Positions 28,914 to 39,049 are shown, numbered from the stretch's first letter. The stretch is DNA of 64,000 nucleotides from Nonlabens dokdonensis (GCF_002162835.1 NZ_MAAX01000154.1:10496-74495), one strand, 5' to 3'. Translations and numbers: made by a program. The notes: generated by a model from the sequence alone, not told the origin.

Positions 28914-29699
28914 CTATTGTTTGCTGATGTATCCTCTCATGATACCTCGCTTTGTGTTTTTAATAAATTCTAATATTTCGTCTCGTTCTGGAGTGGCACT
29001 CATCTCTGCCTCTATAATTTCTACCGCTTGAGAAACATTGTAATTCTTTTGATAAAGGATGCGGTAAATATCTTGTATTTCTCTAATCTTTTCTAATTCA
29101 AAACCTCTTCTACGCAGCCCAACTGAATTGATACCTACATAACTTAAAGGTTCTCTACCAGCTTTTACATAAGGAGGAACGTCCTTACGCACTAATGAGC
29201 CACCAGATACAAATGCGTGACTTCCTACCTGACAAAATTGTTGTACTGCAGCCATTCCTGCCAGTACTACATGATCACCTACGGTAATGTGTCCGGCTAG
29301 TGTGCTGTTATTTGAAAAGATACAATTATCTCCTACTATACAATCATGAGCTATATGACAGTAAGCCATTATCCAGCAATTTTTACCGATAACTGTCTTC
29401 ATCCTGTCTGAAGTACCTCTGTTAATAGTTACACATTCTCTAATAGTAGTATTATCACCTATTATAGTTACCGTGTCTTCATCTTCAAATTTCTTATCTT
29501 GAGGAATAGCGCTTATAACAGCACCAGGAAAAATACTTACGTTTTTACCGATGCGAGCACCTTCCATTATGGTAACGTTAGATCCTATCCATGAGCCTTC
29601 ACCTATTACTACATCATTGTGTATGGTAGTAAATGGTTCAATGACCACATTTTTGGCGATTTTTGCGCCAGGATGTACGTATGCGAGTGGTTGATTCAT
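28914..29699 (-). CDS. lpxA: Acyl-ACP--UDP-N-acetylglucosamine O-acyltransferase
   Basis: Hexapeptide repeats, IRECVTINRGT, HIAHDC, LAGH. Confidence 0.97.
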   Translation of the reverse strand: MNQPLAYVHPGAKIAKNVVIEPFTTIHNDVVIGEGSWIGSNVTIMEGARIGKNVSIFPGAVISAIPQDKKFEDEDTVTIIGDNTTIRECVTINRGTSDRMKTVIGKNCWIMAYCHIAHDCIVGDNCIFSNNSTLAGHITVGDHVVLAGMAAVQQFCQVGSHAFVSGGSLVRKDVPPYVKAGREPLSYVGINSVGLRRRGFELEKIREIQDIYRILYQKNYNVSQAVEIIEAEMSATPERDEILEFIKNTKRGIMRGYISKQ

Positions 29700-31099
29700 T
29701 ACTTTACTTTTGAAATTTGTGCCATTAACTCAGCTTCGGCACAAAGAATACCATTTGCATAAGCATAAGCTTGCATGTGACATATACCTCTTCTTATAGG
29801 CGATATAAGGTCACATTTAAATATAAGTGTGTCTCCTGGAGAAACTTTTCTTTTGAATTTTACATTATCCATTTTCATGAAAAATGTCAAATAATTTTCT
29901 GGATCTGGTACTGTACTTAATACTAAAATACCACCAGTTTGCGCCATTGCCTCTACTATTAAAACTCCGGGCATTACTGGCTGTCCAGGAAAATGTCCTA
30001 CGAAGAATGGCTCATTCATCGTAACATTTTTTAAACCTACCACATGTGAGTCTGACAATTCAAAAATCTTATCGATAAGAAGAAATGGTGGTCTATGTGG
30101 AAGTACGTTCATTATTTGAACAACATCCATTAGAGGCTCTTTGTTGATATCTACTTGAGGTACATTATCTTTTATGTCCTTCTTGATAATCTTTGATAAC
30201 TTCTTTGCAAATTGCGTATTTACAAAGTGTCCCGGTTTAGTCGCAATGACTTTACCTCTTATTCTATAACCTATTAAAGCTAGGTCACCTATAACATCTA
30301 GCAATTTGTGTCGTGCAGCCTCATTAGGGTGATGCAACTCTAGGTTATCTAGTATACCGTTAGGTCTTATAGTAATATTATCTTTATCAAACGCTTTTTT
30401 AAGACTTTCGGTTGTTTTCTCAGACAGCTCTTTATCTACATAGACAATAGCGTTATTTAAATCACCACCTTTAATAAGCCCATGTTCTAATAACATTTCA
30501 ATCTCATGTAAAAAACTAAACGTTCTTGAACTAGAGATTTCATCTTTAAAATTGCTCAGTTTTTCTAGAGTGGCATTTTGAGTACCTAAAACTTTAGTAC
30601 CAAAATCTACCATCGTAGTAATCTGATAGGAATCTGACGGCATCACAATAATCTCACTACCAGTTTCTTCATCTTTATAAGAAATAACTTCCTTAATGAC
30701 ATATTCTTCTCTAAACTGATCTAGCTCTACTTTACCTGCTTTTTCTAATGCTTCTACAAAAAACTTTGATGAACCATCCATAATAGGTGGCTCGCTACTA
30801 TCTATCTCAATCAAGCAGTTATCAATTTCTAAACCTACTAAGGCTGCAAGAACATGCTCACATGTATTTATTTGAACACCTCTTTTATCTAAAGTAGTTC
30901 CTCTTTTAGTATCAGTTACGTAGCTGGCACTTGCCTCAATAATCGGACTTCCTTCTAGATCAACTCTTTGAAAGGCGTATCCATGATTTTCTGGAGCTGG
31001 CTTAAAGACAAGGGTAACTTTATTACCAGTATGCAATCCTACTCCAGATAGGGTTACTTCGTCTTTTATCGTCGTTTGTTTGAATTCTGTTACCGTCAT
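29699..31099 (-). CDS. lpxC: Bifunctional LpxC/FabZ
   Basis: GVGLHTG, EHVLAAL, HKLLDVIGD (LpxC); LPHRPPFLLID, GHFPG.PVMPGV (FabZ). Confidence 0.97.
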   Translation of the reverse strand: MTVTEFKQTTIKDEVTLSGVGLHTGNKVTLVFKPAPENHGYAFQRVDLEGSPIIEASASYVTDTKRGTTLDKRGVQINTCEHVLAALVGLEIDNCLIEIDSSEPPIMDGSSKFFVEALEKAGKVELDQFREEYVIKEVISYKDEETGSEIIVMPSDSYQITTMVDFGTKVLGTQNATLEKLSNFKDEISSSRTFSFLHEIEMLLEHGLIKGGDLNNAIVYVDKELSEKTTESLKKAFDKDNITIRPNGILDNLELHHPNEAARHKLLDVIGDLALIGYRIRGKVIATKPGHFVNTQFAKKLSKIIKKDIKDNVPQVDINKEPLMDVVQIMNVLPHRPPFLLIDKIFELSDSHVVGLKNVTMNEPFFVGHFPGQPVMPGVLIVEAMAQTGGILVLSTVPDPENYLTFFMKMDNVKFKRKVSPGDTLIFKCDLISPIRRGICHMQAYAYANGILCAEAELMAQISKVK

Positions 31100-31100
31100 T

Positions 31101-32120
31101 TCACCTTATTTTTTTCTCAAGATCAGTGATTCTCGATTCAATTTTTCTTAAATTTTTAAATAAAACATAGCTTCTATTCCAGTCTCCAAAATCAAATGCT
31201 GGAGAACCTTGAACTATAGCGCCGCTTTTTAATTTCCTTCCTATCCCACTTTGGGCTTGTATTCCTACGTTATCTTCTATTTCTATGTGCCCAGCGATCC
31301 CTACTTGTCCACCTATTCTACAGTTTTTACCAATTTTTGCAGACCCAGCAATACCAGTCTGTGCTGCTATGACTGTATTCTCTCCTATTTCTACATTATG
31401 AGCTACTTGAATCTGGTTATCTAATTTCACCCCAGATTTAATTATAGTACTACCTAAAGTGGCCTTATCTATAGTAGTAAGTGCACCAATATTTACATTA
31501 TCTTCAATAATTACATTACCGGTTTGTGGAATCTTTGAATAACTACCATCTTCTTTAGGAGCGTATCCAAAACCATCTGCACCTATAACGCTACCAGAGT
31601 TGATAGAAACTTGATTACCTATAACAGTATCTGCCATTATTTGTGCTCCAGATTGAATAATACAATTACTCCCGATGGTAACATTATCACCTATAGTTAC
31701 GTTAGGATATATTTTTACATTATCACCTATGCTTACATTTTCTCCTATGTAACTAAATGCTGCCAAATAAAAGTCTGCACCGTAAGAAGCACTATCATGA
31801 ACAAAAGAAGGTTGCTCAATTCCCGTCTTATTATTTTTGGCCATTTGATAATACTCGAGCAACTTTGAAAAAGCAAGGTAAGCGTCTTCCACTCTTATTA
31901 AGGAACAGTCTACATCTTGATCTAAGGTAAAATCTTTATTTATGATAACAGCACTTGCCTTTGTAGTATACAAGTAAGGTGTGTACTTTGCATTAGATAG
32001 AAAACTCAAACTTCCTGATTCACCTTCTTCTATTTTAGAGAGTTTATCAACTTCAATAGATGGGTCACCTACAATGGTTCCGTCTAAGATGTCTGCAATT
32101 TGTTTAATGGTAAATTTCAT
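31101..32120 (-). CDS. lpxD: UDP-3-O-acylglucosamine N-acyltransferase
   Basis: LSFLSNAKY, GADGFG, KLDNQIQVAHNV, GGQVG. Confidence 0.96.
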   Translation of the reverse strand: MKFTIKQIADILDGTIVGDPSIEVDKLSKIEEGESGSLSFLSNAKYTPYLYTTKASAVIINKDFTLDQDVDCSLIRVEDAYLAFSKLLEYYQMAKNNKTGIEQPSFVHDSASYGADFYLAAFSYIGENVSIGDNVKIYPNVTIGDNVTIGSNCIIQSGAQIMADTVIGNQVSINSGSVIGADGFGYAPKEDGSYSKIPQTGNVIIEDNVNIGALTTIDKATLGSTIIKSGVKLDNQIQVAHNVEIGENTVIAAQTGIAGSAKIGKNCRIGGQVGIAGHIEIEDNVGIQAQSGIGRKLKSGAIVQGSPAFDFGDWNRSYVLFKNLRKIESRITDLEKKIR

Positions 32121-32143
32121 TATCGCAAAAGTACTAATTTATA

Positions 32144-33370
32144 TCAATCTTGTAGCTTAGGATAGCAACAGTAATATTTTTTCACTTCTTTGAGCAATGC
32201 TTTGAAGCTATCTTCTTTTCCAGCTTTGATAAGTTCTATCAATTTACCTTTTTTATTAAGTATTTGTATGGGTTTTGCTTTCGCGTAAGCGAGATTAACA
32301 ACATCACCAGAAAAAACAAAATAAGATGCTTCCTGCTCTGTCAATTGATATGATTTCTGGAGTTTTTTCAAGTGTTTATCCACTTTTCTTTGCGGAATAG
32401 GCTTGTCTGAAAATTTAATCTTGAGCAATTGTCTATTTAAAATCATCTTACAAAGCTCGCTTAAGACAAAATCACGATGCGCGCTACCTAGTTTAAGTGT
32501 ATATATAATATCAGAATCGTCTAGGAAAGAAAAGCGTTCTAGATCTTTAGAATCAGCCTCAAAGCTGAAGAAATCTTTATTAAAAAAGTATTTCAAGTTA
32601 TCAGGCAACTTTACTTCTACACCATTATCTAACAGTTCTTTTATACGTTTTATTACGGACTGCAAGAGATGCTCTGCACCTATTCCTGTTTTATGAAGGT
32701 ACACTTGCCAATACATTAAACGACGTCCAGACAAGAAGTTCTCCACGCTATAAAGCCCTTTTTCTTCTACGACTAATTGATCATCTACCACATTGAGCAT
32801 GGTTATTAATCGCTGGCTATTTATGTTACCTTCTGCCACGCCCGTGTAAAAACTGTCTCGTTTCAAGTAATCTAAACGATCCATATCTAACTGGCTAGAA
32901 ATTAATTCTAACATAAACGGACGGTGGTATTCACCTTTGAAAATTTGAATAGCGAGCGTTAAACTACCGTTAAACTTACGATTTAATTCATTCATAAAAT
33001 GACATGAAAGTTGCTCGTGAGTGACGTTTTTAATGATTTGATATTCTAATGCATGAGAAAATGGACCATGCCCTATATCGTGTAGCAGTATAGCCTTATA
33101 AAGCGCGTCTTCTTCATCCTCAGATATTTCAACTAACTTAGATCTAAGTACTTGTACGGCTTTTTGCATTAAATGCATACAGCCTAACGCATGGTGAAAT
33201 CTGGTATGATGAGCACCTGGATAAACTAAGTAGCTTAGACCCATTTGTGTAATCCTACGCAGGCGTTGAAAATAAGGATGTTCTATGATACTAAAAATCT
33301 CTTCTGAAGGAATCGAAATAAAACCGTAGATAGGATCGTTTAATATTTTAAGTTTGTTCTGTTGTTTCAA
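32144..33370 (-). CDS. HD-domain phosphohydrolase (dNTP triphosphohydrolase-like)
   Basis: DPIYG, FQRLRRI.Q, HHTRFHHALG, LHDIGHGPFSH, DRLDYLKRD; TTG start. Confidence 0.92.
   Translation of the reverse strand: MKQQNKLKILNDPIYGFISIPSEEIFSIIEHPYFQRLRRITQMGLSYLVYPGAHHTRFHHALGCMHLMQKAVQVLRSKLVEISEDEEDALYKAILLHDIGHGPFSHALEYQIIKNVTHEQLSCHFMNELNRKFNGSLTLAIQIFKGEYHRPFMLELISSQLDMDRLDYLKRDSFYTGVAEGNINSQRLITMLNVVDDQLVVEEKGLYSVENFLSGRRLMYWQVYLHKTGIGAEHLLQSVIKRIKELLDNGVEVKLPDNLKYFFNKDFFSFEADSKDLERFSFLDDSDIIYTLKLGSAHRDFVLSELCKMILNRQLLKIKFSDKPIPQRKVDKHLKKLQKSYQLTEQEASYFVFSGDVVNLAYAKAKPIQILNKKGKLIELIKAGKEDSFKALLKEVKKYYCCYPKLQD
32276..32291. repeat. 16-bp palindrome variant (in HD gene, AYAKA)
   Basis: TGCTTTCGCGTAAGCG, 2 mismatches. 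Confidence 0.75.
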
Positions 33371-33388
33371 GGGAACAGCATTTTAATA

Positions 33389-33396
33389 CAAATATA
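33389..33396 (-). promoter_or_regulatory. -7 promoter box for the HD/lpx run
   Basis: TATATTTG on minus strand inside the 31-bp divergent gap. Confidence 0.6.
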
Positions 33397-33401
33397 CTGA
33401 T

Positions 33402-34952
33402 ATGGCAGAGATCAAAATACTTTGGGTAGATGATGAAGTGGATTTATTAAAACCTCACATAATTTTTTTAGAGAAAAAAGGTTATAAGATAGATACTAGA
33501 ATAAGCGGTACTGAAGCTCTCGAAGCGATTGAAGAGACTAATTATGACCTGATTTTTTTAGATGAAAATATGCCTGGACTTACTGGTCTAGAGACCTTGC
33601 ATGAGATTAAAGAGAAGCAAGCTCAACTACCGGTGATTATGATCACTAAGAGTGAAGAGGAATATATCATGGAAGAAGCAATAGGTTCTAAAATAGCCGA
33701 TTACTTAATTAAACCAGTTAATCCTAATCAAATTTTACTCGCTGTAAAGAAAAATCTAGATCATTCTAGACTTATTAATGATAAAACTATAAGCGATTAC
33801 CAGCGAGAATTTAGAAAGATAGCTATGGACATGTCCATGATCAATAGTTATGAAGAATGGGTGCAACTATATCAGAAATTAGTTTATTGGGAAATAGAAC
33901 TAGAAGATGTGGACGACTCTGGTATGTTTGAAATTTTGCAGGCCCAGAAAAATGAAGCAAATCAGCAATTCTGCAAATTTATAGATAGGAACTATCCAGA
34001 GTGGTTTGATGGTGATGAAGACAACCCTATATTAAGTCATAATTTATTTAAGGAAAGAATAGCACCACATTTAAAAAAAGATCAACCTGTACTGTTAGTT
34101 GTCGTAGACAATTTGAGATATGACCAATATAGAGTATTTGAAAATTTGATCAATAATTATTACAAAAAAGTAGAGGAAGAGACCTATTGTTCCATTCTAC
34201 CTACCGCAACACAATATGCGAGAAATGCTTTGTTTTCTGGTCTAATGCCAGAAGACATGAAGAAAAGACATCCTGATTTGTGGCTAGATGACACTGATGA
34301 AGGCGGAAAGAACATGCATGAAAATGCATTTCTAACGGCTCAATTAAAACGACTGAATTTAAATATCACTCATCAATATCATAAGATTACTAATGAAAAC
34401 AAGGGTCGTAAACTAGCTGACAATTTTAAAAGTCAAAAGGACAATGACTTGACGGTTGTGGTATACAATTTTGTAGACATGCTTTCCCATTCTAAAACGG
34501 AAATGGAAGTAATCAAAGAACTAGCCAGCAACGACAAGAGCTACAGATCTTTAACCTTGAGCTGGTTCAAGAACTCTCCACTGTTTGATATTATACAAAA
34601 AGGTCAAGAACTAGGTTTTAAACTTATCCTTACCACTGACCATGGAACTATAAATGTAACTTCACCTAGCAAAGTAATAGGTGATAAAAACACCAGTTTA
34701 AATTTAAGGTATAAAACTGGTAGAAGCTTGTCTTATGAAGATAAGGACGTACTTGCCGCAAAAGATCCTAGTAGTATTAAATTACCAAAGATTAACATGA
34801 GCAGCAGTTTTATTTTTGCTAAAGGAGATTTGTTCTTTGCCTATCCTAATAATTATAACCACTACGTTAGTTACTATAGAAATACTTACCAGCACGGAGG
34901 TGTTTCTTTAGAAGAAATGCTAATACCTTTTGTCATATTTGAACCAAGATAA
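33402..34952 (+). CDS. porX: PorX-type response regulator (REC + PglZ/alkaline-phosphatase domain)
   Basis: ILWVDDE, FLDENMPG, DNLRYDQ, LPTATQYARN, TTDHG, YQHGG. Confidence 0.93.
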   Translation: MAEIKILWVDDEVDLLKPHIIFLEKKGYKIDTRISGTEALEAIEETNYDLIFLDENMPGLTGLETLHEIKEKQAQLPVIMITKSEEEYIMEEAIGSKIADYLIKPVNPNQILLAVKKNLDHSRLINDKTISDYQREFRKIAMDMSMINSYEEWVQLYQKLVYWEIELEDVDDSGMFEILQAQKNEANQQFCKFIDRNYPEWFDGDEDNPILSHNLFKERIAPHLKKDQPVLLVVVDNLRYDQYRVFENLINNYYKKVEEETYCSILPTATQYARNALFSGLMPEDMKKRHPDLWLDDTDEGGKNMHENAFLTAQLKRLNLNITHQYHKITNENKGRKLADNFKSQKDNDLTVVVYNFVDMLSHSKTEMEVIKELASNDKSYRSLTLSWFKNSPLFDIIQKGQELGFKLILTTDHGTINVTSPSKVIGDKNTSLNLRYKTGRSLSYEDKDVLAAKDPSSIKLPKINMSSSFIFAKGDLFFAYPNNYNHYVSYYRNTYQHGGVSLEEMLIPFVIFEPR

Positions 34953-35368
34953 TGGAGTTTACTTATAAATTATCAGAAATAGATAATGCAGCTGCAAAAA
35001 TTCTAGCACATTTAAAATCACAAGTACTATTATTCAATGCTCCCATGGGAGCAGGCAAAACAACCCTGATTAAAGCGCTGTGCCATCAATTAGGTGTTAC
35101 AGATGAGATCACCTCACCTACTTTCAGTCTAGTAAATGAATATAAGGGTAGTAAAGTTGACGTTATGCATTTTGATTTATACAGAATAGAACATACCGAG
35201 CAGCTATACGATATAGGATTTGAAGATTATCTAATAAAAGATGCATTTCAACTAATTGAATGGCCAGAGCTTGCCATGCCTTTTCTATCTGAATATCAGG
35301 AATTAACTATTGAAATTATCGATAGTAGCACAAGAAAACTTAGTTTAAAACCGGTGCAAAAAGATTGA
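34952..35368 (+). CDS. tsaE: tRNA t6A ATPase TsaE
   Basis: APMGAGKTT, SPTFSLVNEY, HFDLYR, LIEWPE. Confidence 0.96.
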   Translation: MEFTYKLSEIDNAAAKILAHLKSQVLLFNAPMGAGKTTLIKALCHQLGVTDEITSPTFSLVNEYKGSKVDVMHFDLYRIEHTEQLYDIGFEDYLIKDAFQLIEWPELAMPFLSEYQELTIEIIDSSTRKLSLKPVQKD

Positions 35369-35525
35369 AATTTTTAACTCCTGAAATGATTACTATACCT
35401 ATTTAGTAGATTTATGTAGTTTAACATACGGTTATAGAATTTCATCGAAAAGGTGAAAAATTACTGCTAAATTTATGGTTGTTGTTTGTAATTTAGTATC
35501 ACTTATTTACTTAAACCCTTTTATT

Positions 35526-35678
35526 ATGAACAACAAATCTATTAAAGCGTTAGCTTTATTGGCTATCTTCGGTGTATCCCTTGCTAGCGCAGCAGTACAA
35601 TTTCAACCAGAAGAAACAAAAACTTCAAAAATTGAAAAGAAATTACTTGCAAAATTTAAGCCACCAGTAACTGGTTAA
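35526..35678 (+). CDS. 50-aa secreted peptide precursor ending KFKPPVTG
   Basis: ATG after an A/T-rich leader; classic n/h/c signal (MNNKSIKALALLAIFGVSLASA); own downstream terminator. Confidence 0.75.
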   Translation: MNNKSIKALALLAIFGVSLASAAVQFQPEETKTSKIEKKLLAKFKPPVTG

Positions 35679-35696
35679 AATAAATTTGATATAATT

Positions 35697-35734
35697 AAAA
35701 AAGCTCACTACATTTACTTGAAGTGAGCTTTTTT
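35697..35734 (+). terminator. Terminator between the peptide gene and the membrane protein gene
   Basis: AAAAAAGCTCACT-N12-AGTGAGCTTTTTT. Confidence 0.75.
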
Positions 35735-35751
35735 CATTCTAAAAATTATCT

Positions 35752-36243
35752 ATGACTACGAGAAGACAGCCTAGTAAAGGAGCCAAAGCATTAGCAATAG
35801 GTAGCGCTGTTGCTGTGATTATGGCAGTTTTACCTTATGCTTTCTATTATTATGAAGCCTTACCTGACTGGTTATGGGATACTAAGTTATTCAATTCTCT
35901 ATCTAAATCTTTTGATGATAATCGACTAATGGCATCGTGGATCCTTTTTCAAAAGTTAGTGCCATTAATTTTATTGATCATTTGGTTCTTGACATGTAAG
36001 CATTGGTGGTACCATGTTATCATAATTCCTATCAGTCTGTACGCTTTTCAACTTTATAACTTGTTTGACTTCTCTTCTACCTATATTGATTCTGGAGAGC
36101 TTTATTTCATAGTTCCAGTTGTGATTATATCACTATCTCTTACTTATCTCGCGCGAATCAAAGTATTTGATCGTATTCATGGTATAGACATAAGTGAGAT
36201 TGAAGACGATATCAAAAAACCAAGTGATCGCTGGTTCAAGTAG
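35752..36243 (+). CDS. Hypothetical multi-TM (about 4) membrane protein
   Basis: Hydrophobic segments; KLVPL...WFLTCKHWWYH..IIP motif. Confidence 0.8.
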   Translation: MTTRRQPSKGAKALAIGSAVAVIMAVLPYAFYYYEALPDWLWDTKLFNSLSKSFDDNRLMASWILFQKLVPLILLIIWFLTCKHWWYHVIIIPISLYAFQLYNLFDFSSTYIDSGELYFIVPVVIISLSLTYLARIKVFDRIHGIDISEIEDDIKKPSDRWFK

Positions 36244-36277
36244 TCTATTTTTTAAATAAGAAAATATAAATTAAGTA

Positions 36278-37477
36278 ATGTCTTCATTCTCCACACCATT
36301 TACTAAAGACCAACTTATTCCTCAAGAAGAGCGACTAGAGGTGACCATTACAAAGAAAGAATTATTCATAGGAATCCCTAAAGAAACGCAGCATCAAGAA
36401 AAACGTATATGCTTAACGCCTGATGCAGTTGCGGCAGTTTGTGCGCACGGACATCGCATTTTAATTGAAAAAGGAGCTGGGATAGCAAGCAATTTTTCAG
36501 ACAAAGACTATGCTAATGCAGGTGCTGAAATGACATCAGACACTTCTAAAGTATTCTCATGCCCTACCATTCTCAAAGTAGCACCGCCTTCTTTGAAAGA
36601 AATAGAAATGATAAAGCCGCAATCTGTTCTTATATCCGCACTACAGCTAAAAACACAAAACCAACAATATTTTAAAAAACTAGCTGAGAAAAAAGTTACT
36701 GCACTCGCTTATGAATTTATAACTGATGACGAAGGTCAATTTACAGCAGTTAACGCTTTAAGCGAGATCTCAGGTGTAGCTTCAGTATTAATTGCTTCAG
36801 AAATCTTATCTAGTGGAGAAAATAGAACCGGTCAGTTATTCGGTAATATTACCGGTGTTCCACCTATAGATGTAGTAATTCTAGGCGCTGGAGTAGTCGG
36901 TGAGTTTGCCGCTAGAACAGCTATAGGTCTAGGTGCCAATGTTAAAATATTTGATAATTCCATTTCAAAGCTGCGCAATGTGCAGAACAAAGTAAATCAA
37001 CAAGTTTACACATCTACCATACAACCTAAATATCTATCTAAAGCATTGAGAAGGTGTGATGTGGCTATAGGAGCACTCACTGGTGAAAATAGAACTCCTG
37101 TTGTAGTCTCACAGCAAATGGTAGAGAATATGAAAAGCGGTGCTGTAATCATTGATGTAAGTATAGATATGGGAGGTTGTTTTGAGACCAGTGAAGTTAC
37201 AAATCATGATAAACCTACCTATAGTAAATTAGGTGTGACACATTATTGTGTACCTAATATACCATCTAGGTATTCAAAAACAGCTAGTGTTGCATTAAGC
37301 AATATGTTTACACCATACATCATGAATATTGCAAATGATGGAGGAATTGAACACGCCATACGCATGGATCAAGGTCTCAAATGTGGTATTTATCTATATC
37401 ATGGAATTGTTACAAACAAATCAGTAGGTCAATGGTATGATTTATCGCATACCGATGTAAATTTGCTCATATTTTAA
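36278..37477 (+). CDS. ald: Alanine dehydrogenase family (Bacteroidota type, N-terminal extension)
   Basis: IGIPKE, LIEKGAG, ILGAGVVG, DVSIDMGGCFETS, HYCVPNIP. Confidence 0.88.
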   Translation: MSSFSTPFTKDQLIPQEERLEVTITKKELFIGIPKETQHQEKRICLTPDAVAAVCAHGHRILIEKGAGIASNFSDKDYANAGAEMTSDTSKVFSCPTILKVAPPSLKEIEMIKPQSVLISALQLKTQNQQYFKKLAEKKVTALAYEFITDDEGQFTAVNALSEISGVASVLIASEILSSGENRTGQLFGNITGVPPIDVVILGAGVVGEFAARTAIGLGANVKIFDNSISKLRNVQNKVNQQVYTSTIQPKYLSKALRRCDVAIGALTGENRTPVVVSQQMVENMKSGAVIIDVSIDMGGCFETSEVTNHDKPTYSKLGVTHYCVPNIPSRYSKTASVALSNMFTPYIMNIANDGGIEHAIRMDQGLKCGIYLYHGIVTNKSVGQWYDLSHTDVNLLIF

Positions 37478-37483
37478 AACAAT

Positions 37484-37858
37484 ATGAAGTTTATAAAAAG
37501 ACTAGGTTTTTACGGTGGTGGTTTTGCGATAGGTATGGTGTTCTTGATATTTTTTCTAACAGGAAAAAGAACACAATGCACCTGGTTACCTGAAGATCGT
37601 GTTCTAAATGATATACGTAGGAAAAACTTTGTACGCTTCTCTCCAGAAATGCGTACTATGCTAGAAGAAAGAAAAATCGATACTTTAGATATTCAACTTA
37701 TTCTCAAATATGGAAATGTAGATTTTTCAAAATCTAATACAGATACAATTCCTTGTAATTTTTATCATATTTCTGGAAAGAAAGAACTCAAAAACACCTC
37801 ACTTTGGGTTCAAAATTGCGAGCGATACGTAAAAGTCGTGAAAGTCTTAAGTCAATAA
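37484..37858 (+). CDS. DUF4258-like conserved protein
   Basis: RLGFYGGGFAIG TM, WLPEDRVL, LKYGNVDFSKS. Confidence 0.7.
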   Translation: MKFIKRLGFYGGGFAIGMVFLIFFLTGKRTQCTWLPEDRVLNDIRRKNFVRFSPEMRTMLEERKIDTLDIQLILKYGNVDFSKSNTDTIPCNFYHISGKKELKNTSLWVQNCERYVKVVKVLSQ

Positions 37859-37865
37859 AAGCACA

Positions 37866-37897
37866 AAAAGAAGAGGAATTTAAATTCCTCTTCTTTT
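37866..37897. terminator. 32-bp perfect palindrome, bidirectional terminator overlapping the proline dehydrogenase stop
   Basis: AAAAGAAGAGGAATTTAAATTCCTCTTCTTTT. Confidence 0.75.
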
Positions 37898-39049
37898 CAT
37901 TTCTTGTTTTATAAGTGTTAATTCTCTACCAGTTTGCCCTGCTACTGAAGTATTCTCTTGAGCTCTTCTTATAAGATAAGGCATCACATCTTCTATAGGT
38001 CCAAAAGGCAGAATCTTGAACGTACGATGTCCTAAAGCAGCAAGATTAAATGTAAGGTTATCACTCATTCCATATAATTGACCAAACCATACGTCTTCAG
38101 TATTAGGTTCTAGACCCTTATTTTCAAGAGTTTTCATAGCATCTAGTGTGCTGGCTTCATTATGAGTTCCTATGCATAATTTTATGACATCTAGTCTGTC
38201 CAGAATGTAATGCATTACATAGTTAAACATCTCATCTGTAGCCTCTTTGTCTTTACAAATAGGGCTATCGTATCCATATTTAATAGCTCGCTCGCGCTCC
38301 TTTTCCATGTATGCACCTCTTACAATTTTTGCGCCTACTATATAATTATTTGCTTTTGCATCTTCATATAATTCCATGATATAATCTAGACGATCATGTC
38401 TATAACACTGGATGGTATTATAGATGTATGCCTTTCCATGGTTATATTTCAACATCATCTCGCGTATTAAATCATCAGCCGCATCTTGCATCCAGGTTTC
38501 TTCACCATCAAATAAGAGCGCGATATCATTATCTACAGCAGTTTTGCACAGTAAGTCTACTCTATTATAAATACGCTCCCATTCTAGCTCTTCAACTTCG
38601 GTAAGAGGCTTTTTTTCAGTAATCTTTTGCCATATATAAAAACGTCCTATACCAGTAGGCTTCACTACTTCAAAGGGCAATGCATTATTTTCACTTGCCA
38701 TATGAATAAGTGTTAATTTTTTACCTACCACAGCATCAAAATCTGCCTCATTTTCTTTACCTTCTACAGAATAATCTAGAATGGAACTCACACCTTTCTC
38801 AAACATTTTTTCTACTAGCGGCATACACTCCTCGTCAGTCGTACCACCGCAAAACTGCTGGAATACAGTGTCCTTTATTACACCTTTGACCGGTAGATTC
38901 CATTTTAAAGCCAGCATGGTAGCCTTTGATCCTAGATCTACCAGCCATGGCTTAGACATAGAACTAAAAATAAAATGAGCCTTCTTAAGTTCTTTGTCAG
39001 ACTTTAAAGAAAAAGCGTTTGCTGTATTATTAAAAGGGTTTTCGTTCAT
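37880..39049 (-). CDS. Proline dehydrogenase (monofunctional)
   Basis: LDYSVEG, FDGEETW, KIVRGAY, GTHN, FGQLYGM, YLIRRAQEN. Confidence 0.93.
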   Translation of the reverse strand: MNENPFNNTANAFSLKSDKELKKAHFIFSSMSKPWLVDLGSKATMLALKWNLPVKGVIKDTVFQQFCGGTTDEECMPLVEKMFEKGVSSILDYSVEGKENEADFDAVVGKKLTLIHMASENNALPFEVVKPTGIGRFYIWQKITEKKPLTEVEELEWERIYNRVDLLCKTAVDNDIALLFDGEETWMQDAADDLIREMMLKYNHGKAYIYNTIQCYRHDRLDYIMELYEDAKANNYIVGAKIVRGAYMEKERERAIKYGYDSPICKDKEATDEMFNYVMHYILDRLDVIKLCIGTHNEASTLDAMKTLENKGLEPNTEDVWFGQLYGMSDNLTFNLAALGHRTFKILPFGPIEDVMPYLIRRAQENTSVAGQTGRELTLIKQEMKRRGI

